Assembly: GCA_023663205.1 (NCBI GenBank)
Contig: JAMPHX010000001.1
Coordinates: 7-64,006 of the forward strand
Source of the DNA: Corallococcus sp.
Lineage (GTDB): Bacteria; Bacillota; Clostridia; Christensenellales; CAG-314
DNA: 64,000 nucleotides
Direction of reading: 5' to 3'
This document shows positions 28,998 to 39,262 of this stretch, one piece after another. The notes beneath the pieces were generated by a model. The model saw nothing but the letters and a program-made list of their open reading frames with translations. It had not been told where the DNA came from and searched no databases. The position numbers were made by a program, and so were the translations under genes. Position 1 is the first letter of the stretch. Each line of letters starts with the position of its first letter.

Positions 28998-29182
28998 TTG
29001 ACGGATTTTTGTCCGACAAAATTGTTTTTTTTCAGGCGCGTAACTTATCGGAGTTTTTCGCTATATCAACCGTTTTGCAGGTAATTTTCAATACGGTTTA
29101 AATTCTGCCGTAACCGCCGTTCCTTTGCGGGCGTCAAATTATACATACGAACAATTTGTCGTAAAAACTCCTATCTATTATC

Positions 29183-29211
29183 TTGACATATGTACTTGTT
29201 AGTGGTACAAT
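29183..29211 (+). promoter_or_regulatory. Sigma-70-type promoter of the metK leader
   Basis: TTGACA (29183-29188), 17-nt spacer, TACAAT (29206-29211). Confidence 0.65.
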
Positions 29212-29222
29212 CTACCTACAAT

Positions 29223-29316
29223 CCTATCAAGAGTGTCGGAGAGACGGACTCGGTGAAGACACAGCAACCTTTTAGATTAGGTGCTAAATTCCGCAAAGGT
29301 AAACTTTGGAAGATGG
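29223..29316 (+). promoter_or_regulatory. SAM-I (S-box) riboswitch
   Basis: Conserved S-box strings CTATCAAGAG, GGAGAGAC, CGGTGAAG, CAGCAACC, GGTGCTAAATTCC and GAAGATGGG (P1 closing). Located upstream of metK, as expected. Confidence 0.85.
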
Positions 29317-29341
29317 GCGACAATTTAAACGTAAGTGTGTC

Positions 29342-29369
29342 GTCCCGTCTTATTGACGGGACTGTTTTT
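29342..29369 (+). terminator. Riboswitch expression-platform terminator
   Basis: GTCCCGTC (29342-29349) pairs with GACGGGAC (29355-29362), followed by TGTTTTT. SD ACGGAGG and ATG 29386 follow. Confidence 0.75.
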
Positions 29370-29385
29370 ATACGGAGGCAGAATT

Positions 29386-30567
29386 ATGAAAGAAAACAAA
29401 CGCAGATTTTTTACTTCGGAAAGCGTAACCGAAGGGCATCCCGACAAAATGTGCGACCAAATAAGCGACGCAATACTCGACGCACTAATCGCTCAGGACC
29501 CAGACGCGCGCGTGGCGTGCGAAACGGTTGTCTGCACGGGCACTGTATTTGTTATGGGGCAAATCAGCACGACGGCAACTGTCGATATACCGGCAATAGT
29601 TCGCAAAACCGTTCGTGACATCGGTTATACGCGCGCCAAGTTCGGATTTGACGCCGACAGTTGCGGAGTGATAATTTCACTTGACAAGCAATCACCCGAT
29701 ATTGCTCTGGGCGTTGACAAATCCGACGAGTACAAAACACGCGGCGAAGTGTTGGACATTTACGGAGCGGGCGACCAAGGCATGATGTTCGGCTATGCCT
29801 GCAACGAAACGCCCGAATATATGCCTATGGCAATTACATTGGCGCAAAAAATTGCCCGACGTCTTGCGTATGTGCGTAAGCAGGGCTTATTGGATTATTT
29901 GCGTCCCGACGGCAAATGCCAAGTTACGGTGGAGTACGACGGCGACAAACCCGTACGCGTAGACACGATTGTACTGTCCACGCAGCACGGAAGCGACGTA
30001 AGCAGCGACGTGATAGCGCGCGATATGATAAATTTTGTCATACGCGAGGCTGTGCCGCTGTCGCTGTTGGACGAGTGCACCAAATACTACATAAATCCCA
30101 CCGGCAGATTTGAAATAGGCGGTCCCGCGGCAGACAGCGGGCTTACGGGAAGAAAAATAATAGTCGATACGTACGGCGGTTACTGCGCGCACGGCGGCGG
30201 CGCGTTTTCGGGCAAGGACCCTACAAAGGTGGACAGAAGCGCAACGTATTTTGCGCGTTACATCTGCAAAAACTTGGTTGCGGCAGGGTTGTGCGACAAG
30301 GTTCAACTGCAAGTTTCCTATGCCATAGGCAGGTCAAAACCGGTATCGGCGGACGTAAATTCTTTTGGAACGGGCAAGTTGTCCGACAAGGTTCTTTCCG
30401 ACATCGTAACGCAGGAATTCGATATGCGTCCGCGTGCAATAATAGAGCAATTGGATTTGCAAAAGCCCATTTACTTGCAGACGGCAAGTTACGGACATTT
30501 CGGCAGGGAAGGCTTTTCTTGGGAAAAGTTGGATAAGGTCGACGCTCTCAAAAAGTATTTGTCGTAA
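29386..30567 (+). CDS. metK: S-adenosylmethionine synthetase
   Basis: [25 protein letters not shown] and [16 protein letters not shown]. Start taken at MKENKRRFF downstream of the riboswitch. Confidence 0.95.
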   Translation: MKENKRRFFTSESVTEGHPDKMCDQISDAILDALIAQDPDARVACETVVCTGTVFVMGQISTTATVDIPAIVRKTVRDIGYTRAKFGFDADSCGVIISLDKQSPDIALGVDKSDEYKTRGEVLDIYGAGDQGMMFGYACNETPEYMPMAITLAQKIARRLAYVRKQGLLDYLRPDGKCQVTVEYDGDKPVRVDTIVLSTQHGSDVSSDVIARDMINFVIREAVPLSLLDECTKYYINPTGRFEIGGPAADSGLTGRKIIVDTYGGYCAHGGGAFSGKDPTKVDRSATYFARYICKNLVAAGLCDKVQLQVSYAIGRSKPVSADVNSFGTGKLSDKVLSDIVTQEFDMRPRAIIEQLDLQKPIYLQTASYGHFGREGFSWEKLDKVDALKKYLS

Positions 30568-30691
30568 TGGAATCGCCGTTATTACGGCAATCCGCGCTGA
30601 AACTAATTGAGTATTTTTGCGGGGCAACGGTTGACTGAAAAATAAATAAAATGTACAATAGTTACGCTGACTTTTGTCAGCGTAATTTTGA

Positions 30692-32980
30692 TTGACGGGG
30701 ATTTGCTTGCAAATGGAAGTTACGGTAGTAGGCGCCGTGTCCGCAATAGTTTTTTACAATGCGGAAAACGGTTATACGGTATTGCAACTGGATACAACCG
30801 ACGGAGACAACGTAGTCTGCGTCGGCAATTTGCCGTCGCTTTCCGTAGGAGAAGTGCTTACCGTCAAGGGACACACCGTGTGCCACCAACGCTACGGCGA
30901 GCAAATAGTGATAGAGGAATACAAAATAGATAACCCAACAACGCAGGCAGGCATAGTCAAGTATCTTGCCAGCGGATTGATAAAGGGCGTCGGCGAAGCC
31001 ACTGCAAGGAATATCTACAAGGCGTTCGGCGACGATACGATGGGCGTAATCGAAAACAATCCCGCGCTGCTTTCCAAGGTAAAAGGCATTTCCGCAAAAA
31101 AGGCAATGGACATTGCCAACAGCGTTGCCGAACTCAAAAAAATGCAAGCGCAGATAATGTTTTTGCAGCAATACGCCATCACCACCAATTTGGCGCTCAA
31201 AATTTACAATGTTTACAAGGACAGTACCAAAGCAGTAGTTTCGCAAAACCCCTACAAACTTATAGACGACGTGGACGGCGTGGGGTTTGCCACCGCAGAC
31301 AAAATTGCCGTCAGTATGGGACACGCTCCCGACGGCGAGTTCCGCATACGCGCATCGATTGTTTACTGTTTGAAGGAAACGGCGGAAAAACAGGGCAACA
31401 CGTATCTTCCGCTTGCGGAGTTGCTTGCTCGCTGCGAAAAGTTGCTTGCGTTGGATTTTTCCGAGTACGGTCAACTTGTTGACGAAGTGCTTACCAAATT
31501 GGTGCTCGAACCCACCGTCAAGGTATTTGAGTTGGACGGCGAAAAGTGTATTGCCCTTGTAAGATACTACGCATTGGAACACGCGATAGCGGCGGCTTTG
31601 CTCAAAATCAACGCCGACGCCAAAAGAATAATGTTGGACGCCGATGCGCTTATCAAACAGTTTGAAGAAGTAAACAAAATCAAATTTCACGAATCGCAAC
31701 TGTCCGCCGTGCGTTCCGCAGTGGTAAACGGCGTCACCGTCATTACGGGAGGTCCGGGTACGGGCAAGACCACGATAATAAAGTGTATCGGAGATATATT
31801 TGCCAATGCGGGGCTTCGTGTAGAGTTTTGCGCGCCTACGGGCAGGGCGGCAAAACGTCTTGCTCAAAGTACTGGCAGAGATGCCAAAACCATTCACAGG
31901 ACATTGGGGTTCGAGTTCCGCGACGGCAAAATGAATTTCAAATACAATACAAACAACACTTTGCCGTGCGACGCAATTGTGATAGACGAACTTTCGATGG
32001 TGGATGTCAACATAATGTACAGTTTGCTGCGCGCGGTTGAAAGCGGAACGCGGCTTATACTCGTAGGGGACAAAGACCAATTGCCCAGCGTCGGCGCAGG
32101 CAATGTGCTTGCCGATATAATACGCAGCAAAATTATCGACGTCAGATATCTTACATATATATACAGGCAGTCGGAAGACAGTTTGATTGTCACCAACGCG
32201 CACCTTGTCAACCAATGCAAAATGCCGCTTATCGACAACAAAAACAAGGATTTTTTTGTAATGCCGATAGACGACCTCGAAACGGTAGCCTCGACGGTAG
32301 TGCAACTTGTAACTACGCGGCTTCCCAAGTTTACAGGCGAACAGCCGCGCGACATACAGGTTTTGGGGGCTCTCAAAAGCGGCGTTGCGGGCGTGGAAAA
32401 CTTGAACGCGCGTCTGCAAAACGCATTGAACCCATCTTCGTTTACAAAAGGCGAAACGTCCTTCGGGCGAAGTGTGTTCAGGGTGGGCGACAGAGTAATG
32501 CAAATAGTAAACGATTACGAAATCACCTACACGCGCACACGCGCGGACGGCACGGCGGAAACGGGCGAAGGGGTGTTTAACGGCGACATCGGGTTCATTA
32601 CAAAGATAGACCGCCTAAACGACGTTTGTCAAGTGCTGTTCGACGACAACCGCTTGGTCGATTACACTCACCAAGATTTGGTCAATCTGCAACTTGCGTA
32701 TGCAGTTACCATTCACAAAAGCCAAGGCAGCGAATTTGACGTGGTGGTAGTGCCGCTGGTTAACGGTCCGCCGACAATTATAAACAAAAATTTGCTGTAT
32801 ACGGCAATAACCCGTGCCAAAAAAGTTGTAGTATTGGTGGGCAGCAAACGCGTGCTTTCCATGATGGTGCGCAACAACTACATTGCCGCGCGTACTACGC
32901 TGCTCGAACGGTTTTTGAAGGACGAAAAGATACGGTATGACCGCTTTTTCGGCAGCGGCGACAATTCAAACGACGCATAG
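30692..32980 (+). CDS. recD2: RecD2-type SF1B ATP-dependent DNA helicase
   Basis: Walker A GGPGTGKTT, VIDELSMVD, LVGDKDQLPSVG and AVTIHKSQGSEF. The start is either TTG 30692 or ATG 30713. Confidence 0.9.
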   Translation: MTGICLQMEVTVVGAVSAIVFYNAENGYTVLQLDTTDGDNVVCVGNLPSLSVGEVLTVKGHTVCHQRYGEQIVIEEYKIDNPTTQAGIVKYLASGLIKGVGEATARNIYKAFGDDTMGVIENNPALLSKVKGISAKKAMDIANSVAELKKMQAQIMFLQQYAITTNLALKIYNVYKDSTKAVVSQNPYKLIDDVDGVGFATADKIAVSMGHAPDGEFRIRASIVYCLKETAEKQGNTYLPLAELLARCEKLLALDFSEYGQLVDEVLTKLVLEPTVKVFELDGEKCIALVRYYALEHAIAAALLKINADAKRIMLDADALIKQFEEVNKIKFHESQLSAVRSAVVNGVTVITGGPGTGKTTIIKCIGDIFANAGLRVEFCAPTGRAAKRLAQSTGRDAKTIHRTLGFEFRDGKMNFKYNTNNTLPCDAIVIDELSMVDVNIMYSLLRAVESGTRLILVGDKDQLPSVGAGNVLADIIRSKIIDVRYLTYIYRQSEDSLIVTNAHLVNQCKMPLIDNKNKDFFVMPIDDLETVASTVVQLVTTRLPKFTGEQPRDIQVLGALKSGVAGVENLNARLQNALNPSSFTKGETSFGRSVFRVGDRVMQIVNDYEITYTRTRADGTAETGEGVFNGDIGFITKIDRLNDVCQVLFDDNRLVDYTHQDLVNLQLAYAVTIHKSQGSEFDVVVVPLVNGPPTIINKNLLYTAITRAKKVVVLVGSKRVLSMMVRNNYIAARTTLLERFLKDEKIRYDRFFGSGDNSNDA

Positions 32981-33223
32981 CGAATAAAACCCGCAATATT
33001 TGCCGATAGTTTTGTCTGAGGGTGGCTGTTGACATCTAAGTTTGTCGCAGTTGCTCCAAGAACGGTTTTGTGATATAATTTTGCGGTAGTCAAATGCGTA
33101 AGTTACTTTGCGCTTTTTCAAAACAACAATAACGTCCCGATATCGATTGAAAGGTTAATATTCTCGGGCTTTGAATATGCTAAGGTTTGTATTTGCAAAC
33201 AAACCTTATTACAAGGAGTAAAT

Positions 33224-35959
33224 ATGAAAGACAAATACGGCAGAACAAATGCCAAAGCGGTAAAGAAACTGAGCAAAATCGCAGATAAAGTCGAGTTGCT
33301 GTCGCCGCGTTTCGAACAAATGACAAACGCTCAACTTGCGGCAATGACGGAGGAATTCAAAAAGCGCTATTCGGATGGCGAAACTCTGGACGAATTGCTT
33401 CCCGAAGCGTACGCGGTATGCCGCGAGGCGGCTTGGCGCGTATTGCGGCTAAGACATTACTATGTACAGATTTTGGGCGGTATAGCCTTGCATCAGGGAC
33501 GCATATGCCAAATGGAAACGGGTGAAGGCAAAACTCTTACCGAAACATTACCGGCATATCTCAACGCGATAAGCGGCAAGGGCGTGCATATCGTAACGGT
33601 AAACGAGTATCTGGCTTCCCGCGACGCGGAATGGATGGGCAAAGTATACAAATTTTTGGGATTGACGGTAGGGGTTACTCTCAACAATATGACGCCGTCC
33701 GCCAAGCGCGCGGCTTATGCCTGCGATATAACTTACGGAACAAACAACGAATTCGGCTTTGACTATCTGCGCGACAATATGGCGGTTGACAAACGTCAGC
33801 GCGTCCAGCGCGAGTTGAGTTTTGTAATCGTGGACGAAGTGGACAGCATACTTATAGACGAAGCGCGTACGCCCCTTATTATTTCGGGCGAATCCAACAA
33901 ATCCAGTCAAATGTACATCAGCGCCGACAGGTTTGTTTGTACGCTCAAAAATTCGACTAACGTGGACGCGGAAGGCAAAACGGCAAATCCGCAGGAAAAT
34001 CCCGACGGAGATTACGTAATAGACCAAAAGGAAAAATCCGCAACGCTTACCGATACGGGCATAGCAAAGGCGGAAAGATATTTTAAGGTGGAAAACCTTG
34101 CTTCTCCCGAAAACATAGACCTTAATCATTATATAAACAACGCGCTCAAAGCACACGCCGTCATGCACCGCAATTCCGACTACATTGTGGAAAAGGGCGA
34201 AGTGGTAATCGTCGACGAATTTACGGGACGCAAAATGGAAGGCAGACGGTACAACGGCGGACTTCACCAAGCAATAGAGGCAAAAGAACACGTAGTAGTA
34301 CGCCGCGAAAGCGTCACGCTTGCAACCATAACATTCCAAAACTACTTCCGTCTGTACAAAAAACTGAGCGGAATGACCGGTACGGCAAAAACCGAGGAAG
34401 AAGAATTCAATACAATTTACAACATAGACGTTGTCGCTATACCCACAAATATGCCGGTAATAAGGGAGGACCACCCCGACATAATTTATTCCACAAGGGA
34501 AGCCAAACTCAAAGGTATAGTGGAACTTATCAAACAGGTACATTCAAGCGGACAACCCATATTGATAGGTACCGTCACTGTGGAAAAGAGCGAAGAACTT
34601 TCAAAGTTGCTGGACGCCGCGGTAATCAAACACAACGTGCTAAATGCCAAAAACCACCAACGCGAAGCGGAAATAGTTGCGCAGGCAGGCAGACTCAATG
34701 CCGTTACCATTGCCACCAATATGGCGGGACGCGGAACGGATATTATGCTCGGAGGCAATCCGGAGTTTCTTGCCAAACGCGAAATGGCAAAAGAAGGCTA
34801 CACCGACGAGCAGATAGAAGCCGCAACGGGTTTTGCCGAAGGCAATGAGGAAATCGAAAAGTTGCAGCAAACCTACAACGAAATTTACCAAAAGTTCAAA
34901 TCGGTAACCGACGAGGAAAAAAAGCAGGTAATAGAGTGCGGCGGACTGTTTATTTTGGGTACGGAAAAACACGACAGCAGGCGCATAGACAACCAGTTGC
35001 GCGGGCGTTCGGGACGTCAGGGCGAACCGGGCGAAAGCGTATTTTGCGTATCTATCGAGGACGATTTGTTCCGCATTTACGGCAACCGTATGCAAGGGTT
35101 CTTCGGCAATTTGTGGCATGACGACGCACCGATACAATTGAAGTTGATTAGCAAGCGTATCGAGGCGGCACAACGCACAATCGAGGGCAGGCACTTTGGG
35201 GCAAGAAAGTATATTTTGCAATACGACGACGTCAACAATCTGCAACGTAAGGTAATATACAAAGAACGTAACAAAGTTTTGGACGGAGAGGACGTCCATG
35301 AGGACATTCTCAAAATGGCAGATACCTACGCGCGTAAGGCTTTGGAACACGCTTGCGGAGGTAACGAGGACGTTTCGGAGTGGAATTTGGAAGATGTAAA
35401 CGCACGTCTTACCCGTTACGTACCCTCGGACGACGGCGAGTATCTCAAACAGGGCGAGTTCAAATCCGCGCGTCAGGCGCACGCGATTTTGAGCGAATAT
35501 ATCCAAAAACTTCTGCAAGATATGTATGATGCGGAACCCGACGAACCGGACGACGCGCCTTTTGCCGAAGCGGAAAAATACGTCTTGCTTTCCGTAACGG
35601 ACAAACTGTGGATGGAACACATCGAGGACTTGGAACAACTGAAACAAGGCGTGGGCTTGCAGGCTATCGGTCAACATGACCCCGTAATTGTATACAAAAA
35701 GGAAGCCTACGAGATGTTTGAACGACTAAACGAAAACATCGAAATAAATACCGTAGGAATGTTGCTTCACCAAAAAATCAAGGTGAGAAGCCGTTCGGCA
35801 GATACTTCAAACAGCGATTTAAACCCCAACAAATCGCTTAACAGACCCTGTCCGTGCGGAAGCGGAAAGAAGTACAAGGATTGCTGTTTTGCCAAGGATA
35901 ACCCCGAGGAAGCCGCTAAACGGTTGGCTGAAAGAAATAAACGCAAAGGCAAAAAGTAA
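33224..35959 (+). CDS. secA: Preprotein translocase ATPase SecA
   Basis: MQTGEGKT-type Walker A (METGEGKT), DEVDSILIDEARTPLIISG, MAGRGTDI and a C-terminal zinc motif CPCGSGKKYKDCC. Confidence 0.95.
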   Translation: MKDKYGRTNAKAVKKLSKIADKVELLSPRFEQMTNAQLAAMTEEFKKRYSDGETLDELLPEAYAVCREAAWRVLRLRHYYVQILGGIALHQGRICQMETGEGKTLTETLPAYLNAISGKGVHIVTVNEYLASRDAEWMGKVYKFLGLTVGVTLNNMTPSAKRAAYACDITYGTNNEFGFDYLRDNMAVDKRQRVQRELSFVIVDEVDSILIDEARTPLIISGESNKSSQMYISADRFVCTLKNSTNVDAEGKTANPQENPDGDYVIDQKEKSATLTDTGIAKAERYFKVENLASPENIDLNHYINNALKAHAVMHRNSDYIVEKGEVVIVDEFTGRKMEGRRYNGGLHQAIEAKEHVVVRRESVTLATITFQNYFRLYKKLSGMTGTAKTEEEEFNTIYNIDVVAIPTNMPVIREDHPDIIYSTREAKLKGIVELIKQVHSSGQPILIGTVTVEKSEELSKLLDAAVIKHNVLNAKNHQREAEIVAQAGRLNAVTIATNMAGRGTDIMLGGNPEFLAKREMAKEGYTDEQIEAATGFAEGNEEIEKLQQTYNEIYQKFKSVTDEEKKQVIECGGLFILGTEKHDSRRIDNQLRGRSGRQGEPGESVFCVSIEDDLFRIYGNRMQGFFGNLWHDDAPIQLKLISKRIEAAQRTIEGRHFGARKYILQYDDVNNLQRKVIYKERNKVLDGEDVHEDILKMADTYARKALEHACGGNEDVSEWNLEDVNARLTRYVPSDDGEYLKQGEFKSARQAHAILSEYIQKLLQDMYDAEPDEPDDAPFAEAEKYVLLSVTDKLWMEHIEDLEQLKQGVGLQAIGQHDPVIVYKKEAYEMFERLNENIEINTVGMLLHQKIKVRSRSADTSNSDLNPNKSLNRPCPCGSGKKYKDCCFAKDNPEEAAKRLAERNKRKGKK

Positions 35960-35976
35960 TTTGACGGAGAATAAAA

Positions 35977-37071
35977 GTGATTGTAACGGAAGACATTGTA
36001 AAAGATTTAAAAGATATGCGTCAAAAGTTAAACGGCATAGGCGAATCTCTCGATTTGCCCAAGTTGTCGCAGGAACTTGCCGCGCTTACGGAAGAACAGC
36101 ACAAACCGAACTTTTGGGATGACGTAAAAACGGCACAATCCGTAAGTCAGCGCGCCAAAAACATCGAGGACAAAATAAGCGGTTACAATTTGCTTGTCAA
36201 AAAACTTGCCGATTGCTCCGATTTAATAGAGATGTTCGGCGACGACCAAGCCATGTTGGAAGAAGCGGCGGCGGAAACGGAAAAGTTAAAGTCGGAAGTT
36301 ACCGAACTGCACATCTCCACGTTGCTCTCGGGAAAATACGACTCAAACAACGCCATACTTACATTGCACGCGGGCGCGGGCGGCACTGAGGCTCAGGATT
36401 GGGCTCAAATGCTGTACCGTATGTATACGCGCTATTGCGAACGCCGCGGATACAAAGTGGAACTCATAGATATGTTAGACGGCGAAGAAGCGGGAATCAA
36501 AAGCGTTACGTTTTCGGTAAACGGCGTAAACGCGTACGGATATTTGAAGGCGGAAAAGGGCGTTCACCGTTTGGTTCGCATATCGCCCTTCGATTCCAAC
36601 AAGCGCAGACACACAAGTTTTGCGTCGCTGGAAGTAATGCCGGAAATCGTCGCCGATTCCGACGTGGTAATTGACGACAAAGACCTCAAAGTAGATACCT
36701 ACCGCAGCAGCGGCGCGGGCGGACAGCACGTCAACAAGACGGAAAGCGCAATACGCATTACGCACATACCGACGGGAATAGTGGTGTCTTGCCAAACACA
36801 GCGCAGTCAAATACAAAACCGCGAACAGGCAATGCTTATGCTCAAATCACGTCTTGCGGAACTCAAAGAACGTCAGCAGATGGAGGAGGCAATGTCGATA
36901 AAGGGCGAAATAAAAAAGATTGAGTGGGGCAGTCAGATACGCTCGTACGTATTTTGTCCGTACACTCTCGTCAAAGACCACCGCACGGGGTTTGAAAACT
37001 CCAACATAACGGATGTTATGGACGGTAATTTACAGCCGTTTATCGAGGACTATTTGCAAAAGGCTCTGTAA
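35977..37071 (+). CDS. prfB: Peptide chain release factor 2 (no programmed frameshift)
   Basis: SPF tripeptide (RISPFDS) and GGQ motif (SGAGGQHVNKTESAIRITH). GTG start with a GGAG SD. The frame is continuous through the region where many prfB genes carry CTT TGA. Confidence 0.9.
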   Translation: MIVTEDIVKDLKDMRQKLNGIGESLDLPKLSQELAALTEEQHKPNFWDDVKTAQSVSQRAKNIEDKISGYNLLVKKLADCSDLIEMFGDDQAMLEEAAAETEKLKSEVTELHISTLLSGKYDSNNAILTLHAGAGGTEAQDWAQMLYRMYTRYCERRGYKVELIDMLDGEEAGIKSVTFSVNGVNAYGYLKAEKGVHRLVRISPFDSNKRRHTSFASLEVMPEIVADSDVVIDDKDLKVDTYRSSGAGGQHVNKTESAIRITHIPTGIVVSCQTQRSQIQNREQAMLMLKSRLAELKERQQMEEAMSIKGEIKKIEWGSQIRSYVFCPYTLVKDHRTGFENSNITDVMDGNLQPFIEDYLQKAL

Positions 37072-37128
37072 TTACAGCCGAATTGTTAATTTAAAGGAAA
37101 GTATTTAAAACTTGTATATTTATATGTA

Positions 37129-37160
37129 CGGCGGACAGATTTGTCCGCCGCTGTTATTTC
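37129..37160 (+). terminator. Rho-independent terminator of secA-prfB
   Basis: CGGCGGACA (37129-37137) pairs with TGTCCGCCG (37142-37150), followed by CTGTTATTT. Confidence 0.7.
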
Positions 37161-37595
37161 CTTGATGAAAATCTTTTGAGTGTTGTAAGTAAGATGTGAG
37201 TTTGTCAGAAAACGTGCGGCTAAAATCCGCAGACGTCACCGTTATTTTGTAAAACAAGAAATATTTATTGAACTATCAGTGTTGCATTTCGTAAAGGCTA
37301 ATATTTCCGTATTTTCGATATGTTTGAGAGCAACGGTGCCGTGCGCTATACAAACTGTGTAAAAACCGTATGTTGTTCCGAGTATAATAGTGCGGCGCGT
37401 AGGCTAAGAGCCTACGCGCCGTTGAAAACGTAATACAAATAAAGTGCAACGAAATTGCAATCGTCTGCAATACTCATTAAACCGCCAATACGGCGGTTTA
37501 AAGACGGTAATATAAGCAATATGTTTTGCACGCTTTACGGTTTGCCGAAATTGTAATTGACAAGCAAGATTTTGGTACGGCAGCCGATATGCCGT

Positions 37596-39002
37596 TCAAT
37601 CGGCATTTGCCGAAGTTTGGCGCGGTTCTGTTTTGCGCCGTTTCAAAAAGTGCGCAAGAGTAAGTGCAAGCGAAACCGCCGCGCCTATGCCGTCGGCAAT
37701 GGGAGCCGCCCAAAGCAAGCCGACAACTCCGCTTCCCGCTTGATTGCTTTCAAATACAGCCGGCATAATAAACATCAACGGTACAAAACAAATCAAATCT
37801 CTTGTCAATGAAGAAACCGCCGATTTCACAGGACAGTTTACCGCTTGGAAAAACACGGAAGTCGTTTTGATAAAACAAGTAAGTATCATAGTGCTCAAAA
37901 ACACTCTGAAAGTTATTTCGGCGTATTGGTGATACAAATCGTCGCCTTTGCCGAAAATGCCTATTATCGCCTGCGGCCAAATCTCAATTACGGCGGTGGC
38001 AATTACGCCGATTGTAAGGGCGGTAATCATCATTGTAAGGTAAGTGCGTTTGACGCGTCCGTCCAGATTTCTGCCCAAGTTGTAGCCCAGTATCGGCTGT
38101 CCGCCCAATGCCACGCCCATCACTACGTTTATAATCAATGTAAATACCTGAGTTTCGGTAGCCATCGCGTTTATTGGAATGTCTGTGCCGTACTGTGAAA
38201 TTGCGCCGTATCTGCTTAGCATCATGTACGAGACAAGCGAAATTACCGCAATGGAAGTTTGGGTAATCATGGAAGAAAGCCCCAGTTTGACGGTTTGCGC
38301 CAACTCGGCAAAGTCGGGAACAAAACTTTTTAAGTTGAGTTTAAATGTTTTGGAGCGCAGCAGATAGGCGGCGCTTATTGCAAAGGAAGCGGTTTGTCCT
38401 ATAACCGTTGCCCATGCCGCGCCGGCAATGCCCAAGTTGAATGCAAATATAAACAGCGCGTCCAAAGCGACGTTTATTGCTGCGCCTACCGCCATTGAAA
38501 TCATTGCATACGCAGGACTTCCGTCGGCGCGTATTATGGCGCTGAGCGTGTTCATAAGCATAAACGCGGGGAAAAACCAAATCATTACGGAAAAATATTG
38601 CATCGACATTTCTATTGTGTTGTCAGACGCTCCGAACAGACGCAAAAGGGGTTCGCGCAGAAACCATGCCGTAAGAGTCAGCACGATACTTACCGCAAAG
38701 GTAATTGTAATGGACGTGCCTACGCAGTTGTGGGACTTTGAGGTGTTTTTGCTGCCGTTATTTATGCTGAGTCGTGCCGCACACCCGTCGCCGAACCACA
38801 GAGCAAATGCTTGCGGAATAAGTATTATAGGAAATACTACCCCTGCCGCGGTTTTTGCAAGTTGGGATATGCTGTTTCCTATGTACAGTTGGTCAACCAA
38901 GTTGTACGTCGAAGATATTATCAGCGACAATATGCAAGGCAAAGAAAACTTAATTAGAAGTTTGTAAATTTTTTCTTCGCCCAAATACTTTTCGTTTGTC
39001 AT
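37596..39002 (-). CDS. MATE-family efflux transporter
   Basis: 468 aa, 12 helices. N-terminus KLLIKFSLPCILSLIISSTYNLVDQLYIG is typical of MATE/NorM-like proteins. Confidence 0.85.
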   Translation of the reverse strand: MTNEKYLGEEKIYKLLIKFSLPCILSLIISSTYNLVDQLYIGNSISQLAKTAAGVVFPIILIPQAFALWFGDGCAARLSINNGSKNTSKSHNCVGTSITITFAVSIVLTLTAWFLREPLLRLFGASDNTIEMSMQYFSVMIWFFPAFMLMNTLSAIIRADGSPAYAMISMAVGAAINVALDALFIFAFNLGIAGAAWATVIGQTASFAISAAYLLRSKTFKLNLKSFVPDFAELAQTVKLGLSSMITQTSIAVISLVSYMMLSRYGAISQYGTDIPINAMATETQVFTLIINVVMGVALGGQPILGYNLGRNLDGRVKRTYLTMMITALTIGVIATAVIEIWPQAIIGIFGKGDDLYHQYAEITFRVFLSTMILTCFIKTTSVFFQAVNCPVKSAVSSLTRDLICFVPLMFIMPAVFESNQAGSGVVGLLWAAPIADGIGAAVSLALTLAHFLKRRKTEPRQTSANAD

Positions 39003-39184
39003 TTTTTTATCCTTGTTATGCGATAATTTTGAAGCACTGCGCGTTGTACGGAATATGCTTGCGCGGCGCGTCCGCTAAATCCGCATTTGCGGCAAAGCAG
39101 TATATTGCCGCAACTTTGCCCAATTCGTAATATCGGCGTAGAATTTTAACAATTCTACGCCTAATAATTTGTTCGGCATATATA

Positions 39185-39213
39185 ATTATACCCCCGCAAA
39201 GAGCGGTAGTCAA
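39185..39213 (-). promoter_or_regulatory. Sigma-70-type promoter upstream of the MATE gene
   Basis: On the minus strand: TTGACT (complement of 39208-39213), 17-nt spacer, TATAAT (complement of 39185-39190). A hairpin-rich leader of about 180 nt follows. Confidence 0.5.
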
Positions 39214-39262
39214 TAGGCAAAATAAATTAAATTTACTTTGCGGCAAATACGTCAGGCGACAA

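Noticed and set aside
30677-32503. A 608-aa ORF antisense to recD2, and similar long antisense ORFs (43101..44447, 41157..42155, 33548..34543, 34640..35677, 4979..5911, 8080..8967, 62295..62963 and others).
   Set aside because: The opposite strand carries motif-bearing conserved genes. The antisense translations are R/C/F/Y/V-rich, have no motifs and lack Shine-Dalgarno sites, so they are typical shadow ORFs.
35977-37071. Looked for the programmed +1 frameshift site (CTT TGA C) usually found early in prfB.
   Set aside because: The frame is continuous from the GTG start through the equivalent region (...GESLDLPKLSQEL...). A frameshift-free prfB occurs in a minority of bacteria and is not novel.
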